A stretch of 63,402 nucleotides of DNA, the filler included, from Choristocarpus tenellus KU-1152 (Eukaryota > Protista > Phaeophyceae), in the NCBI GenBank assembly GCA_964200185.2. It is 7 parts of 7 records of this genome, joined end to end, with 100 filler letters (N's around TTAATTAATTAA, not from the genome) between each part and the next. Parts side by side here need not be neighbours in the genome. Positions count along the whole stretch, not along the records: positions 1 to 16,147 come from CAXNAD020000867.1; positions 16,248 to 33,232 come from CAXNAD020000739.1; 5 more parts are not named here. The stretch is one strand, 5' to 3'. The first letter of the stretch is position 1; every line of letters begins with the position of its first letter. Positions 12,123 through 25,723 of this stretch are shown here, one piece after another. The notes beneath the pieces were generated by a model. It saw only the letters and a program-made list of their open reading frames with translations. It was not told the DNA's origin and made no database searches. A program made the position numbers and the translations under genes.

Positions 12123-15100
12123 GTAGCTCCATATTTTTGCTAGGCTTGCTTCTCCCATGACTTGACGTGGCAACAGACTTCTCCTCACTGGAGTTAGGGA
12201 TGCTACCGAGAACCGGTTTTTAGTTTTTTTTTTTTTTCGGTAGATGATAGTTAGGAGCGTAAACATTGGGTTGAGGGTTAGAGATGTAGTTTGTTTGGGT
12301 GTGGGTTGTTGAAGAAGTGGTTCCTAGCACGGAAAATGGTGGAGGATCGAGAGGGATGTTGACAAGGGGTCTGCGGTACATCGATTGATGATTTGAGTGA
12401 GGTTCAAGAGCTGTGTCAAAGAGTGTGCCTTTTTTGATGAAATTCTGCCAACTGGCGGAACCACACTGCACTTGCATACCTGGCATGATCCAAGCTAGTA
12501 TCAATACTGATGGGTGAAGTTGGCAGGAAAGGGACTGGCTCATCATATATTGAGCCAAATGACCTCAACTTTAGTTATCAAGGGCATGTCTTGAAACTAC
12601 TGTGTAATAGGAAATGATGATGGCATGATGTGAGATTCATTGATTTGTTGGTGTTTGTTAGACCTAGTTGAGATGTTGTGTGCGTTGGTTAGTTGTATTC
12701 AAGGTGAAGTCCAAAGGGGTGAAAGGCACCGAAGATGAGAATAATAGTGTGATGGAGCACTCTTTGAACTATTTCTGTTCTCAAGAATGTGTCTTTTCGT
12801 CCCTGTCCAGTGATCGTTTGGGAGAGATGATGATCTTGTGTTGATGTTTATGGCATGGAGATTGTTTTAAATAGAAATACAATATTTGTTGAACGTTTGG
12901 CATCTACAAGAACTTTCATCACGTAAGACACCACAGTTGTTCATTGGTCAAGCGTTTTCGATGAAACCTGAATCACAAACCAGACACGCCTGTCCGCTTC
13001 CAGTACAAGCCACCCTCCTCATTTCATCATGAAATCTCTCCTGAGTTACTAGTCACCACGAAACTGCAGTGACTCTTGGATTATAACATTCGGCATTTTA
13101 TGTTGATATTCTTGTAGGTGGATTAAAAAGTGAAAAATAATAAATAGAGTAGGTTACATTAGGGCTTCTGGTTCTTTCTCTAGCATATTAACGATAACTA
13201 TTCTCTTGCAAGCGCTTTATCAGATTCCTTATATTTGGATTTACTTGGATTCCTTTGCAGATTTGCTACTACTTGAACTTACATGTAATTACTGAAAGTT
13301 GATTTCTTGCTCATTCTCTAAGAAACAATAAAAGGAAAAGTGTTTTTTGCTTCTATTCGCGACAAAACTTTAGGGCAATTTTGATGAGATATAGCTGATA
13401 TTGACTCTGTAGAACCATTTATTTTAATACAATGAGAAGGCACTGCATAGGCCCCAGCAAAATACAGCATACATTCGATTGCACGTTGTTCTGTTGCTTC
13501 GATGGCACAGCACTGTTTCTTCACTCAGTGTCCTGTCTTGGTCACAGCTTGAAGCGGATCAAACGAATTCCTCTCTACATCGAATCTTGGTTTAGGAATC
13601 GCTGCCTTCTTCTTTCCTGCCAATCCAAATGTGTACGTATGTACATACATATCTGTTACTCTGATGCCCCTCGTTATGTGCGCCCATGGTTCTCCCCAGA
13701 AATTGCACTGCACTCTTGACCGGGAAGACAATCCATGGTCGAAACCGTGGACTTTGATGGGAGTCAGTTTGCCGAGAACGAGACACGTGATGACTATTCT
13801 GGGGAGGAGATCAGTCTATCATCGAGTTGCGAACGAGGCCTATGGCAACGATGCTCGGGAAGACGTCTGTTGATCCAACCACACTACAGATGAAGGAGAG
13901 TGTATCAGGGAATATCATAATCTTGATATCACTCGCCGTCCAGCCTTCCTTGGCAACTTCGTCCTGCTTTGACCCAAACCGAAAGCTCCCGGAATGTCGA
14001 ATTCATGGTAGGTTGGTAGTCATTAATGCAATACCTTTGTATGTTGGTTTTGCTCATTTCCAAGGGGTGAACTAGGTGAGCGGCACTTCTGTTGATCAGA
14101 CAGAGATGTGGTTTCATCTATCTCTACATGCTGGAGTTGCCGAGGGTGGAGTTGGCAGGGGTTGAGCTTGAGGTGTCCGATATGGCCAGTGTCTTGAACA
14201 AGGTGAGTTGTTTATCAATGCTTTCTACCTACTGGACGCCCCATTGCACGGGTTCGGAAGATAGGTTTAGAGTTTGGGTTAGGGTGAGGATGATTGTGGG
14301 GTCTAGCTGGTCTTTGAATATCCGACATGTGGCTTGGCTAGGAGGGGGTAATCAACAGTGCCGATGCTATTAAGTAGGGGTGTTCATCGTATCATGTATG
14401 TCCTCTTCTTGTAAAATGTGGATAAAACACTGTCTACAATATACTACGTTTATGTTGGTGTTTGATAACAAACTATTATATCAGGTCCTTTTCTGATACC
14501 GGCATTGCTTCTCTGCCTCGTTCCCCCTCCATCCCTTTCTTTACACGCTGCTTCCTTCTTCCACGGTTGGTTGTTCATTTTTTCCTCACCACGGTTGTTG
14601 CTGTCTGATTACCATGCTTGTCATTCCGATAAGTGCTGGAATGGACAGCGCTTCTCATCATTCACTTGCAGTGAGTGGTAGCGAGTGAGCGGTAGTGGCA
14701 ATAGTTGACATGAACAGTGAGTAATGGTGTCAGTACTTCAAATCATTATACAACAGCTACCTATCATGACCACAACTAGTAGTGTTGTTAGTGGTGCTAG
14801 CTAGCTCCAACCACAGCAGTCACACTGGTATTTTCCGCTTGTACAGCTGTATAATCCTGGTAGCACTTCCTACGGTTGTAGTGGCGGTGGTAGTGCACCC
14901 ACCATGACATGAGCCCGTCTCTTGTTAGCAGGGATTGAAAGAGCTCCAAGCCACACCTATTCATGCTTCCCTCCTAACCCTTACCCTTCCCGTTGTTGCT
15001 GGGTCCATATCTGCAGGTGCTTTTTTGTAAATTAGTGGGTTGAATGCTATGTTAATCAGGAGGATCTATGGAGGTTCACACTTCTATGCACATTAACGGG

Positions 15101-15185
15101 ACAGATAGACAGTGCGGCAAGATGTGTTTGCGGGGTTGGAGGATTATCTGGTGTGCCGCTGGATAGGCTCAATGCATACCCAACC

Positions 15186-15359
15186 CCTGCAGACGCCGTT
15201 ATGGATTCCACACTTCGTAGGAGCTCTCGACAAGGGTTGAAGGAGTGTGAATGAAGTGCAGACTGCAAAAGGTGGAACAGAGGTGTGTTCATTACGTATA
15301 ACCTTGTCCTTGTTGAGAGCCTTCAACCGAGTGTGGAATCCACAGATGCCGTCTGCAGG
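15186..15359 (+). ncRNA. Long imperfect hairpin (candidate pre-miRNA/hpRNA or foldback relic)
   Basis: The arms pair as CCTGCAGACG/CGTCTGCAGG, TGGATTCCACACT/AGTGTGGAATCCA and GCTCTCGACAAGG/CCTTGTTGAGAGC, plus an inner AATGAA/TTCATT. Several mismatches are G-U wobbles on the + strand. Confidence 0.35.
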
Positions 15360-16054
15360 TTACAGGAAACAGACGTATGTGCATGTGCATGTGCATGTGC
15401 ACGTGTGTTTCTGTATGTCCGTATGTTTAATGTTGCATGTATGCTCAACATTTATGGCAATTGGTGTATGTCTGGAGTGTAGCACGTGGGACAACTGCTG
15501 CTTCCACCGTGCTATGCATAATAGTTACAGCAAATGGTAGTGTGCAGAATGTAGTCTGTACTTTCTGTGTTATTTGGCTCTAAGTATTATTACTTGCTGG
15601 AGGTGTGCAATATATTATTTTGATCCACGTACTGTGTATGTTGTCCCACACACACCACACGTGCATACCACTGTCACTGCTACACTAGACTCTTCCTCTG
15701 TATTGTGAAATACACGATATGCAGAAAGCACATATTATCAGATTTTTTATATAGTGAGTCTTGGTCCTGGACCTGACGCATCCTCTCTCATTCCTCCAAC
15801 ACCCCTCTTCTGTTTATTCTTTCTCGCAGCTATGTGGAAAGCAGGGTTGTCCACTATCATAGTGCATATACCGTATGCTTTTATCGTTACACTGATTGAG
15901 ATTCCTTGTCAAGAATTTCGGATTCCGGTAGGGGGGGGATCTTTCGTGCAATTGAGGCATGGAATGTTTTTAAGGGACCAATCCCACAGAGTAGTGGATA
16001 TCTCTTCAATCATAGGTGTCAAATACCAAAGATTCTCTTCGTTATCATGCCTTA

Positions 16055-16147
16055 GGGTCAAAGTATTTTGGGGGGGGGGCGTGGTTTGTGAGGGGGCGTC
16101 CATTTCGGTCAAACAACCCTTTTTTTTGCTGATATTTCAAATCCGAC
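16055..16147. mobile_element. MITE end, truncated by gap
   Basis: TTA|GGGTCAAAGTATTTTGGGGGGGG...GTCCATTTCGGTC, from the same TIR family as 11941. Confidence 0.6.
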
Positions 16148-16247
16148 NNNNNNNNNNNNNNNNNNNNNNNNNNNNNNNNNNNNNNNNNNNNTTAATTAAT
16201 TAANNNNNNNNNNNNNNNNNNNNNNNNNNNNNNNNNNNNNNNNNNNN
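16148..16247. other. Artificial contig spacer N44-TTAATTAATTAA-N44
   Basis: An identical 100-bp spacer with stops in all six frames also occurs at 33233-33332, 35927-36026, 41459-41558, 46804-46903 and 60605-60704. Confidence 0.97.
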
Positions 16248-16325
16248 CCCCCCCCCCCCAGGTTTTTTGCACTGCCGTCAAAAAAGGCCCCCCCCACCCC
16301 CCCCCCCCCCCAGATACCTTGACCC
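16248..16325. mobile_element. MITE end at contig start
   Basis: Poly-C followed by CAGATACCTTGACCC, the reverse complement of the GGGTCAAAGTATCTG TIR. Confidence 0.6.
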
Positions 16326-17247
16326 TTTTCCTTCCTTAAATCCTGCGCTCCAAAACGACTAATATCATTTTTTTTTAATGTCGACCTGTCTGGAGATCCC
16401 TAACCCCTACAACCGCACTTCTAAAATTTCAGGGGAAAAATAAAAATGTAGGTAACATATACACCACACCAGAGGTTAGCCAGCCCAGTCCATGTCTTGA
16501 TCCTGTCCTATTTTCTGAGCACCCAACCTAGCCCGGTAAGAAGATGTATCACCCAGGACGACCCGTGGATCGGTGCTCTCATGTTCTTTTCCCCCCAAGA
16601 CCAACCCCGATAAATCACTTTTTTTGTTGTAACCCATGCTGGCTCTACTTTTAATTAATTTTTTTTTTTTTAACATTTTATGAGCTGCACGCACGTACGT
16701 AGCCCCCTGACTGATTCCTGAACGATGCTTTACCTATACAATAAAATATTTCACATTTGAACAAAAATATAAAAAAATAATAATATTATTATTATTATTT
16801 TTATTATTATTATCTACCGACAGAAAAAAATCAACTAATAATTGATCGTTGCGACTAGTACGCAATGAACGCACGCACGCACACGTGCAGACGCTCGAGA
16901 CATTTTTTTTTTTCTTCCAAAAAAGCGTATTGAAACTACTACTACCACGGAGTACACAGCATAGTTTTTTTTTTAACGAATATATATATACATACGGTGT
17001 GGTACTTCAAGAAAATATATTTCATACAAACCTACGTATCGCACTCAGAGTTATACATATATATAACAGGTGCCGCAGAGACTTTGACTGCAGAAATAAT
17101 AATATTTTAACTTATCAAACGAATCAATGCGCCGATTCATCCTGTTCTTTAAAAAAAAAAACACGAAATTGATTTGAAGTGTGATAATACATACCACATA
17201 TCTAGCCCTAACCATAAGCATACACCGTTTCAGTACAGTATCGATAC

Positions 17248-17322
17248 CTATATATATATATACACATACATACATACATATATACATACATACATATATA
17301 TACATACATATACATACATACA
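17248..17322. repeat. Compound (TA)n/(TACA)n microsatellite
   Basis: Seen directly. Other SSRs: (CATGTG)n ~15376-15405, (AAAC)n ~17690-17721, (CA)n ~44200 and ~46560, (ACACA)n ~44677-44708, (ACAT)n ~47987-48030. Confidence 0.9.
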
Positions 17323-18057
17323 TCACACGTTTTTCACAAATGTACTTCTCACACATACCCCACACGTGGCCCAGTCAAAACTGAGATCCGGCCCACCCCC
17401 TTTCAAATCATATGCCTTGCCTGACCCACCCCATGGTCCAATCCTCCCAAAATTCAAAAAAAAAAAATCATGGTCCGGTGAAAACTTCAAAAAAAAAAAA
17501 TCTGACTTGACTCGACTCGAGGCCTGGCCCCGCCAAAATTCCTACAGCCCTGCCCCAGCCCTGGCAAAAAAAAAAAAAAATCTGCCGCTCCGTGTCAGAA
17601 CTACCCGATCCAGTGGTAAGGTAAGGCCTTGGTCATACATACATACTTGGAAGTATAGTAGTTTGTTTTTTTTAAAGAGCTTTAGGAGTAACAAACAAAC
17701 AAACAAACAAACAAACAAACAAAAAAACTATCCATAAAAATATATCGAACGCATGACAAGGGAACTAAATACTACAATTAGGCTGTGGCGTCGTGCTCGC
17801 GTACTAAACCCCCCTAAAAAAGACCCCACGTAGTTGGTTCATTCCCGGGAGGCGTTTCCCCCTCTGATCGCTCCCTTCCACACACTACAGTAACTCTTGG
17901 TGGAACACACGCACTGCACCACTGACTGCTTAGGGTGCATCTCCTGGACAAGCGAAGTGAAGTCATTGCATTTCACTTCACAACATCATCCACTGTCATG
18001 AATACGCCCGTGCCTACCCTTGTCTTTGGCACAGATAGGTGTTAACAGACAAACTAC

Positions 18058-19610
18058 CTCACCATCGTTGGATACCTCCAAGTCTCCCTCCACAAGGGTA
18101 GCCAGGTTCACCAAGCCAGCCTGCGCTGTGGCAAGGTCCACTCCTGCCAGAGCAGCTACATCAGGGGCCACGGCCCTGTGTCAAGGAAACAGGATTGCAA
18201 CGGAGAAGGGACACGGTTGACCTTCCAGAGCCAGGGAGGCTCAAAAAAAAAAAAAATGCGCTCTTGAGGTACAAAACAAACATGGGCAATAGCAAGTAAA
18301 CAACGAAGTAAACGCATGTATGCCAAACTGGCATGAAATCCCTTCCCGTGCACTAGCAACTCCTTTTTTTTACCCCCAATCAAGAATAGTAGAGTGCTCA
18401 GTAGTAATCCACCTCTCTACACCCACCAAAGTCAAGCAGCTTCACATGTTGGTACGTATCTGCACTGCTCATAAATGCCTCCTTTTTTTATGTGATGTGC
18501 AGGGATATGGAGGCGGTGGTCATGCTCGTAGTAGTAGTAGACATCACCATGGCAACATAGCTGTGACTGATCAGACTGTGAGGAACTCACAGTACAAAGT
18601 ATCCACAAGAGCAGTGGAAAACCTTCCACCCCCCACCCCCCGCCCCCCACCCCAAAAGTCTCTCTCCAAGCCACTCTCATGAACAATACACTTGAGAAAC
18701 GAAGTGAGTTAAAGTAAGAAAGAGGTACACCCTTGGTTGCATTTTGAGGATGCTGACAGAAGGGTACAAATTTCTGTTTGTTCTATGAATACGTTTAGGA
18801 AATTTCCAGAACCCTGCGGAGGTTTTTAAAAACAGCGGAAAAAATCGAGGCCCTCGAGTCGCGACCAAAGCACTTCATCCATAGAAATAAAAGGCGTAAT
18901 TCAAAATATTAAAATAGTGGCGCAAAATGCACAAAAAAGCCCCCCCCAAAAAAAAAACTGGATACCTCTCGTGCAACTTTCAACAGATGTTCCCTCTAAC
19001 AATGTATGTTCCTCTGCCGCAACACCTGGTATTACCCATCACCATCACATGCTTGGGTTGGCATCACTCTTCAAGTACTTCGTCTCACCACAGACAAAAA
19101 ATAAATAAATGGAGAAGACATGAACTTTTTATGATTTCTTTAAAAATAGAAGGCGAGAATGCGTATCCATTCCCCATAGCTCCCAATTGCATGTTGGAGG
19201 CCCTGAGAGAGGAGGGGCGCCTCGGACCTGGAGGGGGAGGAGGCGCTACCTCACCTTTGGTAGGTTACACTTGCAAATCCTCTCAAACTACCCCACCTTT
19301 TGGTCGTTTATAACAGCTCTTCAAAGCTTGTCTCCACATGCAATATATTGTACATCTGGTGAACACATCCGCAGGCGCTCCAGTGATGCTTGAAAATTCC
19401 CAATACAAGAGCTCAAAAATCATAGTGTGGTCAATCTATTAAGAGAAAAATTCACAAAGGTACACACAGAGATACACACACCTGTTACCAGCCTTTTCCA
19501 CCGCTTTTAATATGCGCTCGTCCGGCACTTTAAAGTACGCCCCAAGCCCAACATCCTTGGAAGCCATAAGGGGCAATGGTCGCCGGGCACCAATGCATTC
19601 CCTGTTTACC
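18058..19610 (-). CDS. Two internal exons (19610-19482, 18175-18058) of an At5g03900-like plastid/cyanobacterial-type uncharacterised protein; remaining exons unresolved or beyond the gap
   Basis: A phase-compatible GT-AG splice gives ...PLMASKDVGLGAYFKVPDERILKAVEKAGNR|AVAPDVAALAGVDLATAQAGLVNLATLVEGDLEVSNDGE. This matches the recalled family N-terminal pattern AVE..G.R.T..DVA..AG.....A...L..LA....G.LEVS..G.V. Confidence 0.75.
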
Positions 19611-21969
19611 CTGCAGTGAGAGGTATCACAACTTCTGTTTTTTTTTTTTTGTATTCAGAATTGGGAGGCGTAAGAGGTTTGGTGCATCTTAATTATGCAC
19701 ACATGCAGGTTTCCTGGTAAAAAACAGTCCCTTCCGACGATGTCTAAGGTCTTCGGGTATGTCAAGTATTACATCGTACATGGCTCTTTCCCCGTTTGCT
19801 GCAAGCTTGACAATACTGGTAAACCTAGTAACATGGTTGCCACAAGGCACGGTGCACTACAGGTGTTTCATATCACGTTCAGGCTAAGGGTCAAGAAGTT
19901 GAAAGTGGAGGGGAGGAAAAGGTATTCTTGGTGAGGCTCGTGAGGGGGCGAGCCGTTATTCAGCGAACTTTTCTTCAGAGCAAACCTACATAGCTAGATG
20001 CGTATATAATGGTTCAGCTCTGCATTACTTGGAAGAACGTATTCGAAGCTTTGGGCTCCATTGAGGTGACTATGTTGGCACCACCATGGCACCTTGAGAA
20101 TCAGCGGGTAAGTTGTGCTCTATGTGGCAAACCAACAGAGGCCTTAACAAATCAGAGAAACCAGATTTCGAAAAGCTTTCCAATCGCTCAAGAAATAGTA
20201 CACTACAGTCGAACATCAACACTTAACTCATTGAGAGTACCATGCCTCAAAGGGGTTGTTGTCTAGTGCACTATTCAGACCAACGTTCCCGATTGCTACT
20301 GAACAAGCCATCCCTGCTAATGCACTGAAATTGGTGGACTCCTCATGTTAATCCCTACTTGGTCCAAGCAGCCAAACACGATCTGAAACACGACTATACA
20401 AGGGAAAGTGGTATGGTAGTTGCTTCAACATGTCACCTGGGTAGTCCAGGACGAACAGCCCTTGGCACAACCTTAGATGAAGGGAGCACTTTCGACAAAC
20501 CCACCCTATATCCAAGTCCCCCGAGAATAGGAGGGCACATGAAGCCAAGTGATGGTGCCATGTACCCAGCCACGAGGACCAGCCTCGTCAGTCGTGTCAT
20601 TGTAGAACGTTGTTTGTTCATGTGACCCATACTCCGATCTCTCGAAACGACTGGCTCGTCTCCTGCTAAAGAATGGATGGCTGGGACCATCCCCTACTAC
20701 TAACGACAAAACCTCGGTGATACTAGGTCTGGACGGCGTTGTTTGCCGAAGACAACTAGACTATGCCCACTTATGTCGACGAATAGAGGAAGAGAAGGAA
20801 TATCTTGAAGGTTTACAAGGTCGAAGGAGGTGTACCCTTTCTTGTGTACAGATCAGACAGCGTTCCACGTGTCAAACTCATGTCATCACATCTATGTTGC
20901 TCTAAGAGAACGTTCACCACCTGTTCTGGAATTTCTCCACATCTTCAATATTGTTGTATATATTGAAAAAATGTATTCTATGAACACTAATATAAAGCTG
21001 TAGTTTTCCGAGATCACATGTACGTATATGGATAAAAGGAGGGGATTAGGTCACTCACATCATTGAACTATCTTATTCTGCCCAAGGAATGGACTTGTGG
21101 GATTGTGAATTTTGGATTCCTTGGGCACCTAGGACCTTTCGATTCCCACAGTCCGTCCACCACAGCATTGTGGGGAGAGAAAGACAACGCTCCCGTAGAC
21201 AGACGTATCATTGGTCAACTCTCCGAAACAAGGGAGAAATGCATAATTCGAGCTACACTCACATGAAAAATACGTATCTACACTATTTTACTGCCAGTTA
21301 CCCTCAATGCTTTATGGTTGTGACAAATTGAGGAAGCTTCTTGCCTCGAAGGTATATTAAAAAACCGGACACTCAACCGGATATAAGACTTCATAGGGTT
21401 TCCAATATTCGTACATTTCAGTATACTTCACAGGTGTAAGGGTGTCAGTGGAGTTGTCCAGCTTCCACTTTTAATGATCAAATCATGTTCCGAACAGTGC
21501 TACACGTGATGAGGAAGATAGGGATCGTCAACAAGTTCACAGCAGCAAGTTTCAAAACAAGGGGAGGGAGAAACTTTTTAAGGGTCGAAGGTCACATGCG
21601 ACCAGTTGAAATATGTATGTCTCTTTTTTCTAGGGATAGATGTTGCAAATAAGAATGCTGGCCAAGCAAAGACCGTTTCCCTTCAGTCTTCTATTCACGC
21701 CATCACCTTGCATCAGTGCTTTAGTCGAGGCTCATTCAGGTATCTTGGATGCACATTGCACACAGTTTACCAGTAATACCCTCCACCAAGGATTCATATC
21801 CCCTTGCAAGAGGTTGTTAATTTTGCCTCACATAAGTCATGTGTAACTCAGGAATCTGTTGACAGCACCACCATATTACATTATCATAGAAGAGCTATGG
21901 CCATGTCCCTACCAATTATACAGGATGTTCTACCTTGCATCTGATATCTTTATAACTGTTATCATTATT

Positions 21970-22226
21970 GAGTCAAAGTAAGCGAGAGGTATCCAGAATT
22001 GTGTTTTTAAGGATGCTGCCAAATTTGTACGAAATTCGGCTTTTTTCAAATGCGTATTGGATATTTCTGCATCCCGGCAAAAAAAATCTAACAGTAGAGA
22101 AATCACTCCGCTCAAGTCAAACTTAGTACTCATCCATAGAAATATGGGTGAAACGCAAAAAATCGAAAAATGGCGGCTTAAAAGGAAAAACGACCAAAAC
22201 CTTGGTCCTCTCATTTACATTGGCTC
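21970..22226. mobile_element. MITE (~257 bp) with TIRs and target-site duplication
   Basis: Left end GAGTCAAAGTAAGCGAGAGG; right end CCTCTCATTTACATTGGCTC (rc GAGCCAATGTAAATGAGAGG). Flanked on both sides by ATT(ATT). Confidence 0.7.
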
Positions 22227-23299
22227 ATTATTGCTCAGGAGTATTCCTCCTCGCCCCTGATAATAATCTCTTTGCTCACTCACTCACTGCTTCACCTGCT
22301 ATTGTGGCACTTGTGAAACCTACCTACTACGATGACCTCCCATATGGATGCTTTGTGGTCTTGCATTGAGTATGAGAGTCCACAAGGAGAGAAGTGTCTG
22401 CTATTCTAAGGGCAGAAGACAAAACCCAAGAAGTAAGTGCTGAATTGATGGGCAGGAAAGAACAGGGTCTGTACATCGGCCCAGTAGATGTAGGGGCTAA
22501 GGGGGCGGGAGAGAACAACATGTGAGTTGTGTCGATCATGACTGTCCCCATTTTGTATCATATTTCCCTTGTGCAACTTTTAGTAGACATTATATAATTT
22601 ATTACCAGCATGCACAGTAATCTTGACTCTTGACACTGTGCTCCACTAACTTTACGAAGAATGTTTTGAAGTATCCCACTCTGGACACACGGTTGAGAAT
22701 AACTACGACATGCCCTCAACAGAGGACAACTATGTGACTTGATGTGATATATTGTATTAGTGTTACACAAAGGGTCTGTGATCTCTAATCCGTTGACCTC
22801 AAGGGACTTCAATCGACAGCACTCAATACTGTCTCTTGAGCGTGGTCCTTATAAACGTCCATAATTGATTACCTATGGACGCCTTATTTGCTCGATTTCA
22901 ATATGACAAGCATATCTAGAACTAATCACTGTATATCTATCAGTCAAAGCATCTGATACATTTTGTTACATCAGATACACAAAAACAGAATGTCCCTACA
23001 ACGCACCAGTATTTTGGTAGATTAATTGCTGGCTCTGCATCCTATTGTCTACTCCAAGAGTTGTGTCAGCAGTGTATCAACAGAACATCCATATATGCAT
23101 CGTGTACTCTATACTCTGCAATGTAGTACTGGTATACTACAGTATAATGTAGTCTATAGTGTAAAATAGTCGATTCAATGTTGTTTGTAGTGGTGCCATT
23201 TTAACACGGCAGATATTGGAATTATGATGGAGGGGCTACACCAGCTCCTCTCTCTTGTAGTTTTCGAAGAGTGCTTTGTGCTACCCTGTATTGAAAATA

Positions 23300-25100
23300 G
23301 TGATTTTTTTTCTTACATTGCCATAATGCGCAACAGGCTCAGAGAGTCATCTGATTGAACAGGGACAATTGGCACCATTATTGTGAGGTGGTGGTAGGGA
23401 TGGGGGAGCCAGTTCCACCATCACCAATATCATATGGTGCTGCTGCTTCATGCGCCTGGATTCAAGCAAGGTGGTGCATACATGTTCTAGGTAGAAGTAC
23501 AGCATAGCAACAAGTCAGCATCAAGGAGTATCAGAAACTGAGATTGTGAAAAATCCTCCCCACTTTTAGCAGCAGTTTTGCAGCCTTGAATATGGCGTCT
23601 CCTACACCATGGTGAGCGTAGAAATCCAAGCTGTGCAATGGCACAGATACTACACAGTTTGCCCGGATCATGACAGGTCTGGGTCGTTCAGGAGGAGACG
23701 AGGTGGCTCAAGGGATGATGGGTCGGATAGGTGACTGCTTGGTGCCATTGTCGTGGGGATTGCTTGGTTTGAATGAGAATGAGAGCGTTTCGGACCCCAC
23801 TGTGTTGGATGTATCCATCTCACGACTATGGAGTGTCAACCCATATGCACTTGAGAGATGAGGTGATACTGAAGGGCGAGGGCATGAGAAAGACAACAAC
23901 TCAAAATGATGACTGGGTCTGTCCGTGACATAAGAGTTCCGAGACGGCTTGCGGTCTTACTGTTGACCATTTTGAAGTGTATTAAATGAGCAAGCTGTGC
24001 AAGTGAGGACGCACTGATGTCTCTGAGCTCATTCATACTATGAGTGTTATAAACGTTTTTCGCAACTCCTGTTGCTGTACATTAGCTGACCACCAAGGTA
24101 GAGAGGTGAGTGGTTTACCTTTGAGGCATGTTTGATGACTTGTTTTTGTTGGTGAACGATTACATACTGAGTTCAATTTGCAGTGTATCTAAAGAAGGCT
24201 GTCAAGGCATGAGCAGTGGGTAGAGAGTCATCCGATCCTGCCACGGTTGCAGATTAAATTACTAACAGCAACAATGGGCATATCAGCGTATGGAGTGGAG
24301 TGTACAGTCCAACTTTCTGGGCCCAATCAACAGATACTTGCCCTTTGCATCCAAGTAGGACTGCTGATCTCAATGGCTACAAATCTACTATGCTCTCAAT
24401 ACAATATTCCGGCCATACTGACAGAGAGCACCCTGCCCGTCATCCAATCAGATGATTATTACAGAAGTTAATATGCTGGAGGTGAAAAGTGCTTCAATTG
24501 TTGTTCAAAGGTATTGTTCAGGCATTACCATGACCTCTTGAGGGCATTTTGGTAAGGTATGTGACATGCGTGAGTGAGATAAGCCTAACCCTGCAGACAC
24601 ACCGCAAATGTCGATTCTTCACCAACACGCTACTGCAGTGTCTGTCTTCTGGTCAGTCATGGAAAGTATCCCCCCATAAGATTGTGGGTGGTCTGGGGAC
24701 AGTAAGTTGGTGTTTGGAATATCTTAAAAGCTACTATAGCAGAACCGCTTGCAGAGCTGGCTTGCTAGGAGACACAATGAGTGGCAAAAGTATGCTTATT
24801 CTTAGTAGGATATAGATTGGGCGATCTAGTCTGTACATGGCACTAACAACGGCAAGAGTGGAGTTGAAAATCGTAAATAATCTTACACTATTGTTATAGT
24901 CAGTGGGGGGTTCGTGTAGCAACGAAACTCCTGCACTCCTGCACCAGATGAGCTCTTGGTAAACATATTCTTCCAACTATTCTTCAACATTCCTTTCACA
25001 ACAATCAGCCAATGGTTGAGGGGAAAGGGGCAGTAATGTCCTGTTTGTTTGATGAGACAGATAGGCCACTTCAGTGGTGTAGTTTTGTCTGTGTCTCAAA
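23300..25100 (-). mobile_element. Degenerate Ty3/Gypsy RNase H-integrase relic
   Basis: On the minus strand AQKVGLYTPLH resembles K..GLL.PLP, QNGQQ resembles HPQTDGQTER, and KLLLKVGGFFTI...YAVLLP resembles the GPY/F domain. The order is as expected, with many disruptions. Confidence 0.45.
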
Positions 25101-25723
25101 CCCTAAGCGCTACTATGATACAGTTTGCTCGATCAGTCTGTGTGGTGGCCGCCTTTGATTTCAACAGCTGGCTCACAACACAAACCGAATACCAGACACG
25201 ATGACCCAAGTTTCATTCAGTGTTGGAGTTGCCTACAATAGTAAATATAGTGAAGAAAGGCAAATACATAAATCAAAACATCAATTTATTTTGCGAAGTT
25301 GAATGCGAGGCATCACTTATTTACAGTTGTGGTCCATTGTTTCTGCATTGCCTCTCCTCCTCACATTTCCTTGTGGTATTGAATCCAGCTTTGTGTGTAC
25401 CACTGCTGGATTAGAGTCCCGAATAAAAAATCTAAACAAGAAGATAAACACTGGAAGGACCAAACCCTAAAGGTACTACTACTATGGAGTGTTGACTAGT
25501 AAATGCACTATTCACATCAAACTATGGCTGCGAACTTGGAGTTACTCCAGCAGAATGCCTCCACAATACTGTTGCCCAAAAAATATTCACATGCATAAAA
25601 ACAAAAACACGCACACGAGCATTCTTACATGTTCACACAGACACAATTCACAACCATGCACACATTTACAGCTAGGGTCGTTCTTCTCGCTGCAAATATA
25701 TATATGTGCACCTGGTGCAGCTT

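Noticed and set aside
13700-14202. Exon-like plus-strand pieces ending AAG|GTGAGT
   Set aside because: All frames contain stops and no family is recognisable. At most this is an unidentifiable pseudogene.
16192-16203. TTAATTAATTAA as a recurring biological motif
   Set aside because: It is always centred in exactly 44+44 Ns, so it is an artificial linker.
17051-17737. ORFs of 104-187 aa with YIHT/KQTN repeats
   Set aside because: They are translations of microsatellites and poly-A runs.
20000-21330. Possible LTR-retroelement integrase/chromodomain relic
   Set aside because: Only vague motif echoes (WLGPSP, VDRRIIG), too degenerate to support.
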